Part shown: piece after piece, positions 57,590-64,000 of the stretch
Layout: each line of letters begins with the position of its first letter
How positions within the stretch are numbered: position 1 is the first letter of the stretch
Origin: a virus
Length of the DNA stretch: 64,000 nt
IMG/VR virus record: IMGVR_UViG_3300017727_000002
Reading direction: 5' to 3' (one strand)
The notes under the pieces: model-generated
Told to the model about the DNA's origin: nothing
Databases searched by the model: none
Seen by the model: the letters and a program-made list of their open reading frames with translations, nothing else
Translations under genes and position numbers: made by a program

Positions 57590-58413
57590 TGGACATTTTA
57601 AAAGATTATCAAATCTGTATCCCATCATATAAGCGACACGAAACTGTGATGAATAAAACCATCGAGGTATTAAAGTCATATAATATTGACCCAGCTAGGA
57701 TTAAAGTATTCGTGAATGATGAGGAGCCAGGAGAGTATGACAATTATGTAGATACTTTATCTAAAACTGAATACACAAAAAATATTGAAGTCGTAAAAGG
57801 TGTACCAACTATTGGTAAGCAAAGAAACTTCATAGAGAAGTATTATCCTGAAGGAACTTATGTCATGTCTTTTGATGATGATATTGAAGAAGTACAAGTT
57901 AAGGATGGCGAGCAAAACTTACTGCGTGTTGAAGACTTTGAAAAAGAAGTTATACTTAGAGGTTTCCAAGCATGTGAAGATAACGATGCTAAGACTTTCG
58001 GTATATATGCAGCATCAAATGCGTACTTTATGAAGCATCGTACATATACGAAACTTTGTTATATTATCGCTAGTATGTATGGATTTATAGCTGACCACGA
58101 TCCTGAATTAGATCGTCATACTAATCATGGTGAAGATTATGAGTATAGTATGCGTCAATATAGAAAACATGGTGTTGTCGTAAGACTTGATGATATTACT
58201 GTAAAATCTAATTACTATAAAGAGGTTGGTGGCTTACAAACATTTAGAACTGCTGAAAATATTAAGTCAAGTATTGAGTGGATTGCTGAGAACTTTGACG
58301 ATTTATGTACGATGTATATTCGTAAGACTACTGGGCATGCTGAATTAAAATTGCGTGATACATCTGGTGGTAAATATGATAAAAATTTAAGCACATTAGA
58401 AGGTTTCTTTTGA
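57589..58413 (+). CDS. TET-associated glycosyltransferase (TAGT, GT-A fold)
   Basis: ICIPSYKR, QRNFI, FDDDI (DxD), GEDYEYS, YYKEVGGLQ; coupled to the TET gene; ends STLEGFF. Confidence 0.78.
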   Translation: MDILKDYQICIPSYKRHETVMNKTIEVLKSYNIDPARIKVFVNDEEPGEYDNYVDTLSKTEYTKNIEVVKGVPTIGKQRNFIEKYYPEGTYVMSFDDDIEEVQVKDGEQNLLRVEDFEKEVILRGFQACEDNDAKTFGIYAASNAYFMKHRTYTKLCYIIASMYGFIADHDPELDRHTNHGEDYEYSMRQYRKHGVVVRLDDITVKSNYYKEVGGLQTFRTAENIKSSIEWIAENFDDLCTMYIRKTTGHAELKLRDTSGGKYDKNLSTLEGFF

Positions 58414-58541
58414 ACGAATTAAAACCATTTATCTTAGGTATAGCAATAGCAATGTTATTTGTTGGTCTTATAATATGGATAAGTCCATATGGTGGTCAGC
58501 ATGAGCCATTAGATATATTAATTAGAATCTATCAACAATGA
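58410..58541 (+). CDS. Small membrane peptide (43 aa, TTG start)
   Basis: Fills the gap with 4-nt overlaps at both ends; one hydrophobic helix. Confidence 0.45.
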   Translation: MNELKPFILGIAIAMLFVGLIIWISPYGGQHEPLDILIRIYQQ

Positions 58542-58957
58542 GAACTGGTATAACTGCTTCAACTTTCGACCTGCTTCATGCTGGTCATGTACAAATGTTA
58601 AGGGATGCCAAATCTCAATGCGATTATTTAATAGCATGTTTACAGATAGATCCTAGTATAGATAGAAAAGATAAAAATGCTCCAATACAAACTGTCGTTG
58701 AAAGATACACACAATTAAAAGCAGTAAAATATGTTGATGAGATTATACCATATTCAAGCGAAAAAGATTTAGAAGATATCTTAGAATTATATGAGATTGA
58801 TGTTAGAATACTAGGCGAGGAATATAGAGAAAAAGATTTTACTGGTAAGGATATATGTAAGAGAAGAGATATAGAATTATATTTTAATAAGAGGGAACAT
58901 AGGTTTTCCTCCACAGATTTGAGAGAAAGGGTGAGTGAGCAATGGTCTGGAAAGTAG
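58538..58957 (+). CDS. Cytidylyltransferase (TagD / glycerol-3-phosphate cytidylyltransferase-like)
   Basis: STFDLLHAGH (HxGH), KYVDEIIPY, RFSSTDLRERV. Confidence 0.88.
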   Translation: MRTGITASTFDLLHAGHVQMLRDAKSQCDYLIACLQIDPSIDRKDKNAPIQTVVERYTQLKAVKYVDEIIPYSSEKDLEDILELYEIDVRILGEEYREKDFTGKDICKRRDIELYFNKREHRFSSTDLRERVSEQWSGK

Positions 58958-59256
58958 CAAAGAAAGACGAAAGATATACTGTATTAGATTATGAAGGATT
59001 GAATGTTCTCGTACCTTCTCTCACAATTTTACAACCTGGATGTGAAACTAATGGTCATGTACACAGTGACCCACAACAGGAAGAAGTTTATGTATTTACA
59101 ACTGGCACTGGACTCATGGAAGTTGAAGATGAAACGATCTCTGTAAAAGCTGGAGACATCATCCCAGTGCCAGCCAATAAATTTCATAAAGTCTATAATA
59201 ATGATGTAGTGCCATTACACTTTGCTGCTGTATTCAATGGTGCTAGATATGAGTAA
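58942..59256 (+). CDS. Cupin domain protein
   Basis: GHVH...EEVYVF..G.G...GDII.VP....HKVYN cupin metal motif. Confidence 0.8.
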   Translation: MVWKVAKKDERYTVLDYEGLNVLVPSLTILQPGCETNGHVHSDPQQEEVYVFTTGTGLMEVEDETISVKAGDIIPVPANKFHKVYNNDVVPLHFAAVFNGARYE

Positions 59257-59278
59257 ACCCAACCTTTTCCCAATATCA

Positions 59279-59285
59279 CTAAATA
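59279..59285 (+). promoter_or_regulatory. Late promoter (CTAAATA)
   Basis: 6 nt before the ATG at 59292. Confidence 0.55.
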
Positions 59286-59291
59286 GTTGAT

Positions 59292-59840
59292 ATGGCAAAG
59301 TGGTATAGAGATAAAGCAATAATCAATGTCAGAGGTGGAGATGCCGAGACTAGAAAACTTGTTCGCTCTATCGCCCACTGGGTTTCTCGAAAAACTATGG
59401 ATGTTCGACTCCGAACATCTGTCACTGTAAATATCGTAATACAAAAAAACTTATATCTTAAGGAAAAAGTCCAAGGATTATCTTGGATTGACGATGAAGC
59501 ATATCGTCCTAAGAAATTTAAGATACAGGTTGAAAAGGAATCTAGACTAAGACCTTTGCTAGAAACTATTGCCCATGAAATGATACATGTTAAGCAATGG
59601 GCATCTGGTGAAATGTATGAATATTCTGATGGCTTTAGGACTCGTTATAGAAAGCAAGGGTTTAACACTAAAAAGTTAGATTATTGGGATGCTCCTTGGG
59701 AAGTAGAAGCACATGGTAAAGAGGTTGGTCTATTCGTAAGATGGGCAGAAGAAGAAGGATATAACAAACTTCCTTGGGCACAAATTGACTTCCTAAAACC
59801 TGAGTATGCCAAGAAAATTAAAAATCAAATAAAATCGTAA
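59292..59840 (+). CDS. HExxH zinc metallopeptidase-like protein
   Basis: ETIAHEMIHVKQW and YWDAPWEVEAHG. Confidence 0.8.
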   Translation: MAKWYRDKAIINVRGGDAETRKLVRSIAHWVSRKTMDVRLRTSVTVNIVIQKNLYLKEKVQGLSWIDDEAYRPKKFKIQVEKESRLRPLLETIAHEMIHVKQWASGEMYEYSDGFRTRYRKQGFNTKKLDYWDAPWEVEAHGKEVGLFVRWAEEEGYNKLPWAQIDFLKPEYAKKIKNQIKS

Positions 59841-59847
59841 AAAGTCC

Positions 59848-59875
59848 TTTACTTTTGTTCAAATTTAAGTAGAAT
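59848..59875 (+). promoter_or_regulatory. sigma70-type promoter (TTTACT-N16-TAGAAT) overlapping ATAAATA
   Basis: Consensus with a 16-nt spacer; the late-type ATAAATA at 59874-59880 suggests dual timing. Confidence 0.5.
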
Positions 59876-59885
59876 AAATAGTGTT

Positions 59886-61091
59886 ATGTCTAAATTTGAA
59901 AACGACCTAGATCTTGTAAAAGCCAAACAGAATGCAGTGAGAGCAAAAGCTACACTGGAAAAACGATTTGCTTCAGATCCTAAAATACAACAAATACTTG
60001 ATAAAATAACACCCAATAAACAAGTTATGTGTTATATCTTTTCTAAGAGTATAGCATTTCGTGTGGGTCGTGGTAGTATAAAATCTATCGCAGGATTTCC
60101 TGCTGGACTTAAAAATAGTTTTACAGGTATTAATACTGCCAAATCAACTTTCAATCCTTTAAAGATACCAGCAGAAACTAAAAGCTATTCTAAATCAGAT
60201 ACTGTTTTATTACTTGCTTTACATTATTTAATTAATTTTTCTGATAGAGTAAAAAGCGAAACTGATAAAACCGAAGCAGTTGAAAGTGAGCAAGTTATGA
60301 CAGTACAAGCTGACTTAAAAAAATTAATTAGAGAATATGGTATAGTGAGATTACAAGTAGGAAAAGAAACTTTTGATGTAGATAATTTTAAACAAGTTCC
60401 TGGAAGACCGAAAGCAGATATGGTGTTCGAATATAAAGGCAGACCAAATATTTTTGTATCACATAAAAAAGGAACTAAACCTGCTGCCTTCCAACAGTAT
60501 GGTGGTTTTGCTGTTGACCTCCAAGTGAAAGATTTACAATCAGCTAGAGCATATCCAGAAATAGAACAGTTTTTAAAAGATATAAACGAAACTATGAAAG
60601 CTATGGGTGTGAAAAAAGATTCGGCTGGTCGTTATGATTTAAATGATTTACAAAGAGGAAGTAATATGGCTCGTCTTATTCATGATGAAGATGTTGCTAA
60701 TACTGTTAAGTTTGGTAAAGATTTTAAAACTAAAAAAATGGGTCTAGACAATTGTTCTATACTTATAGATGGTGACATCGTATTTAAACCAATGACTGGA
60801 AATATATTTGAATTATGTGGAAGTTTTCATACAGATATAAATCCTGAATTACAAAAAAAGAAAAAAAGATTTATATCAGATAAAAATGATGTGTACTCTC
60901 CTGCTATGTTTATTTTAAAGTCAGAACAGCAAGGTCTAAATCAAGCAGGGTTGGCTAATGCTAGAGCAGTTATTTGGCCAAATAACCAGATTATTCAAGG
61001 ATATACAGCACAGTTTGAAAGGATGTTTAGAGGAGTAAAAACTAAGAACAGCAATACCATAGAAGGATTGAAGAAAGAATTTAAAAAATAG
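59886..61091 (+). CDS. Putative PD-(D/E)xK restriction-endonuclease-like protein
   Basis: PGRPKADMVF...IFVSHKKG...FQQYGG matches the (P)D...(S)xK variant of the fold; weak. Confidence 0.45.
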   Translation: MSKFENDLDLVKAKQNAVRAKATLEKRFASDPKIQQILDKITPNKQVMCYIFSKSIAFRVGRGSIKSIAGFPAGLKNSFTGINTAKSTFNPLKIPAETKSYSKSDTVLLLALHYLINFSDRVKSETDKTEAVESEQVMTVQADLKKLIREYGIVRLQVGKETFDVDNFKQVPGRPKADMVFEYKGRPNIFVSHKKGTKPAAFQQYGGFAVDLQVKDLQSARAYPEIEQFLKDINETMKAMGVKKDSAGRYDLNDLQRGSNMARLIHDEDVANTVKFGKDFKTKKMGLDNCSILIDGDIVFKPMTGNIFELCGSFHTDINPELQKKKKRFISDKNDVYSPAMFILKSEQQGLNQAGLANARAVIWPNNQIIQGYTAQFERMFRGVKTKNSNTIEGLKKEFKK

Positions 61092-61200
61092 GTTATAAGT
61101 ACCTGTTTTTATATAATAAAATAGTCTAAAAAAAAGACGATTCGGTCGACGATTTTACTTGACATTTGTCTAAAAATGGAGTAGAATTACTGTATAAATT
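61092..61200 (+). repeat. Early-promoter cassette, copy 3 (TTGACA-N17-TAGAAT)
   Basis: Same upstream block as copies 1 and 2, with an extra GACGATT duplication; -35 at 61159, -10 at 61182. Confidence 0.8.
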
Positions 61201-61218
61201 GATAAAAAAGAGGTAAAT

Positions 61219-61608
61219 ATGACTATGACAATTTTAAAAATGACTGAGGAAAAAGGTTCTTATCAAAGAACTGTACATTCTTTTGAGAACCAATTAGTTG
61301 GTGTTGATGAAATCAGAATCGCTGGTAGAGATTATACAAGGCAATCTGACTTTTTTGATAACCAGTGGTCGACTACTTCAAACTCTGTAGAGTTTGCTAA
61401 GAATAGTGGTGGTTTCTATGTTGATGATGAGAGTATCGTTAGATGGCATTCAAATAACCAAGAGCCATTCGGTGATATGCTTCTTGACTTACATGAAGCT
61501 GGTCATATTACTTTAGACCAAGTTGACAGAACTTGTATGTCTAAAGAAATTAAAACTGAACAGTTCTGGAAAGAACAGTTCGAAAATATTAATATGGAGG
61601 ATAAATAA
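61219..61608 (+). CDS. Hypothetical early protein
   Basis: SD GAGG; first gene after cassette 3. Confidence 0.65.
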   Translation: MTMTILKMTEEKGSYQRTVHSFENQLVGVDEIRIAGRDYTRQSDFFDNQWSTTSNSVEFAKNSGGFYVDDESIVRWHSNNQEPFGDMLLDLHEAGHITLDQVDRTCMSKEIKTEQFWKEQFENINMEDK

Positions 61609-61790
61609 TGTCACACTGGAGTACCGATGCAATTATCGATAAAATTAATGATGAGATCGATGGTATGTCTGCTCATGAGAAACACATATACCTTTTCAAG
61701 AATAAGCTACAAACTGCTTATAGAGAAGATTGGAATGATGTGATTGCTCAGGACATGTTCGATAAAAAAATGGAAGAGAGTCCTTACTAA
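61608..61790 (+). CDS. Small acidic hypothetical protein
   Basis: TAATG-coupled. Confidence 0.55.
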   Translation: MSHWSTDAIIDKINDEIDGMSAHEKHIYLFKNKLQTAYREDWNDVIAQDMFDKKMEESPY

Positions 61791-62131
61791 TGGCACAAGT
61801 ACACGAAATGTTATACATGAAAATGGATAATGGTGATTATATCTATGGTACTAATTTAGATATTGGTAAATACTCAGTAAAGTTTGACCCACCACTTGAA
61901 TGTAAATATGAGTTTGACCATGTACCACCTATGAAACTAGAAGGACAAGGTGGCTACTCGGAAGGATCTAAAGCATTCAAGTATGTTGGTACTGACCACG
62001 ATCCTATGACAGTTTCTCATCCACCTAGCCAAGAGATGATGAGAGTGACTGCTCGAGGTGATAAAGAATTCTATAAAACTAATGGCTGGGATTATGAAAC
62101 AGGGGAGTTAATATACAACGAAAAATGGTAA
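61790..62131 (+). CDS. Hypothetical protein
   Basis: TAATG-coupled. Confidence 0.55.
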   Translation: MAQVHEMLYMKMDNGDYIYGTNLDIGKYSVKFDPPLECKYEFDHVPPMKLEGQGGYSEGSKAFKYVGTDHDPMTVSHPPSQEMMRVTARGDKEFYKTNGWDYETGELIYNEKW

Positions 62132-63372
62132 AATCATTTAAGACATTAATTACTGAGCAAAAAAATGTTCATATGGAACATATTGAAGACATCCTCTTTG
62201 ACGAGGGTGTCGCTGGTGCTAGACGAGCAATTAATTTCATGCAAGGTATGCGTGATATGTTGGCTGGTAAATCATCAAACAAAGTAAATGCTACAGTAAA
62301 ATGGGATGGTGCACCAGCAATCTTTGCTGGTACAGATCCTAGAAATGGAAAAAAGTTTGTTGCTAAAAAAGGTATCTTCAATAAAGATCCTAAAGTTTAT
62401 TATACACCTGCCGATGTTAAGAAAGATACATCTGGGGACTTACAAGCAAAGCTATTAATTTGCTTGAAATATTTACCCAAGATTCTACCAGATCGTGGTA
62501 TCTTTCAAGGAGACTTAATGTGGGCAGGTCGTAATGACTTAAAATTAAAAGATATAGATGGTCAGTCTATGGTGACTTTTCAACCTAATACTATCGTCTA
62601 TGCTGTTCCTGCTATATCAGGATTATCAAATGTTATTCGTCGTGCTCATATGGGTATCGTCTGGCATACTGAATATACTGGAAATACATTCGATACTCTT
62701 AGAGCATCGTTTGGTAAAAACATTGCTAAGAAAATGAAACAACCTGGAATACTAGGTGGCGATGTTTGGTTTGATGATGCTACTTATAAAGATGTATCAG
62801 GTCAAGCATCTATGACTGCTAAAGAAACAGCTGAGTTTACTAAGCAACTATCTGCTATCGGTACTCAGTTTAGAAAAGTAAATGCTAATATATTGAACAG
62901 TATTAATGCTAATAAAGATTTGCTTATCAATATCAAGGCATTTAACAATACTAAGATAAAAGCAGGGAAAAGGATTACCAACCCAAGCCAGCATGTGACG
63001 CAAATGTTTCATTATATTGCTAACAAGTATAAGAAAGAAATAGATAGCAAGAAAACTGAAGCTGGTAAGAATACTTGGAAAGCTAAAAAGAATGATGTAC
63101 TGTCATTTTTTATAAATGACAAACAAAAAATCGTTGAGATATTTAAGCTGATGAATATGATGGTGGATGCAAAGCAAACACTAATCAATAAAATGAACCA
63201 AATTGGATCTATGAAAACTTTTGTAAGGACTCGCAATGGGTTTAAAGTGACAGGAGTTGAGGGTTATGTGGCTATTGACAAGATGTCAGGGAAAGCTGTA
63301 AAACTGGTAGATAGACTTGAGTTCTCTCGCCTGAATTTTTCTCCTGAAATATTGAAAGGTTGGAATAAATAA
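62125..63372 (+). CDS. DUF6267-like protein with a ligase-type KxDG motif
   Basis: KNVHMEHIED, TVKWDGAPAIFAG, FQGDLMW, FQPNTIVY, EGYVAID...AVKLVDRLEFSRLNF. Confidence 0.75.
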   Translation: MVKSFKTLITEQKNVHMEHIEDILFDEGVAGARRAINFMQGMRDMLAGKSSNKVNATVKWDGAPAIFAGTDPRNGKKFVAKKGIFNKDPKVYYTPADVKKDTSGDLQAKLLICLKYLPKILPDRGIFQGDLMWAGRNDLKLKDIDGQSMVTFQPNTIVYAVPAISGLSNVIRRAHMGIVWHTEYTGNTFDTLRASFGKNIAKKMKQPGILGGDVWFDDATYKDVSGQASMTAKETAEFTKQLSAIGTQFRKVNANILNSINANKDLLINIKAFNNTKIKAGKRITNPSQHVTQMFHYIANKYKKEIDSKKTEAGKNTWKAKKNDVLSFFINDKQKIVEIFKLMNMMVDAKQTLINKMNQIGSMKTFVRTRNGFKVTGVEGYVAIDKMSGKAVKLVDRLEFSRLNFSPEILKGWNK

Positions 63373-63376
63373 ATAC

Positions 63377-63383
63377 CTAAATA
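63377..63383 (+). promoter_or_regulatory. Late promoter (CTAAATA) inside the palindrome ATACCTA-AATA-TAGGTAT
   Basis: Intergenic; palindrome spans 63373-63390. Confidence 0.55.
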
Positions 63384-63412
63384 TAGGTATATTTAATCGA
63401 TGGGACAAATAA

Positions 63413-64000
63413 ATGAAAGACTTTAAAACACTTCTTAATGAAGTGCCTGCTAAAAAAATGGTCATAGGGTTTGGAAGATTTAATCCTCCAACCACTGGTC
63501 ACGAATTACTTATCAATAAGGTGACCCAGTATGCTCGTTCAAAAGGCAGTCCCTCCAAAATATATGTCACAGCTACTGAAGACAAAAAGAAAAACCCACT
63601 AAAACAAGAACGCAAAATCTATTACATGAAAAGGATGTTCGGTGTGAACGCTCCTTTCGTGCCAACGAAGTCGCCTAATCAAAGAACAATTATAGAAGTA
63701 GCAAAGTATCTCAATACAAAAGAAAAGATTACTGAACTAACACTTATTGCTGGTAGTGATAGGATTGCTGAATACAAGAGATTACTCAACCAATATAATG
63801 GTAAAGATTACAACTTTGATAAGATAACTGTATTATCTTCTGGTCGTAGAGACCCTGACTCAGATATGGCTGAGGGAATGTCAGCTACTAAAATGAGAAC
63901 TGCTGCCAGTTCTGGTAAATTTACTGACTTCAAACGAGGTATCCCTCGTAGAATGACTATGGCTGATAGTAAAAGATTATTTAACGAAGTACGCAAAGGC
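63413..64000 (+). CDS. Cytidylyltransferase / NMNAT-fold protein, 3'-partial (absent from the ORF track)
   Basis: Read by hand: MKDFKTLLNEVPAKKMVIGFGRFNPPTTGHELLI...AGSDRIAEY...GRRDPDSDMAEGMSATKMR; open to the window end. Confidence 0.85.
   Translation, partial: MKDFKTLLNEVPAKKMVIGFGRFNPPTTGHELLINKVTQYARSKGSPSKIYVTATEDKKKNPLKQERKIYYMKRMFGVNAPFVPTKSPNQRTIIEVAKYLNTKEKITELTLIAGSDRIAEYKRLLNQYNGKDYNFDKITVLSSGRRDPDSDMAEGMSATKMRTAASSGKFTDFKRGIPRRMTMADSKRLFNEVRKG

Noticed and set aside
582-63996. About 60 minus-strand ORFs in the track (e.g. 13407-13886, 26832-27362, 39030-39455, 49214-49606)
   Set aside because: All lie antisense to well-supported + strand genes, have no SD or motifs, and reflect codon bias or low complexity of the real genes.
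1-64000. Alternative genetic code or stop-codon readthrough
   Set aside because: Conserved genes translate full-length in code 11 and use TAA, TAG and TGA as stops; the only tRNA seen is a sense tRNA-Arg.
1-64000. Cyanophage identity (photosynthesis genes) suggested by the glutamine riboswitch and hsp20
   Set aside because: No psbA, hli or similar genes in this window, and the RpoH-type promoter and IHF-like site point to a proteobacterial host; the host cannot be settled from this segment.

Overview
A 64-kb segment of a large, AT-rich T4-like myovirus genome, most like marine pelagi-, methylo- or cyanophage-type myoviruses (inference from gene order). Every credible gene is on the + strand. 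In order: a block of tail-fibre and virion structural genes (1-16016); the neck, tail and head module gp13-gp14-gp15-[fibre]-gp17-gp18-gp19-gp20-gp67-gp68-gp21-gp22-gp23 (16033-29333); a stand-alone unit made of a glutamine (glnA-type) riboswitch and a YRG-repeat peptide, followed by five tiny ORFs; gp3, uvsY, uvsW, iscA/hesB, gp55, gp47, gp46 and peptide deformylase; a VWA/peptidase (CobT-like) gene and a MoxR AAA (CobS-like) gene separated by an accessory cassette; tRNA-Arg(UCU); gp45-gp44-gp62-regA, an inserted fibre gene, hsp20, gp43, uvsX and gp41; then a TET/JBP dioxygenase, TET-associated glycosyltransferase, cytidylyltransferase and cupin cluster, a metallopeptidase, a restriction-like nuclease, early hypotheticals and the DUF6267/cytidylyltransferase pair at the right edge. 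The regulatory grammar is readable: a CTAAATA late promoter, a TT(T/G)AC(T/A)-N17-TAGA(A/G)T sigma70-type promoter, a three-copy ~100-bp IHF-site/promoter cassette, an RpoH-type promoter on hsp20 and an antisense promoter back-to-back with the gp55 promoter. Best leads: (1) DNA-modifying TET and glycosyltransferase enzymes that end in the same sliding-clamp-binding peptide as the DNA polymerase; (2) a glutamine riboswitch with an expanded multibranched P3, driven by a late promoter; (3) apparently leaderless mRNAs for polymerase and helicase; (4) strong avoidance of GTWAC. All family assignments come from motifs recognised by eye; no database search was run.
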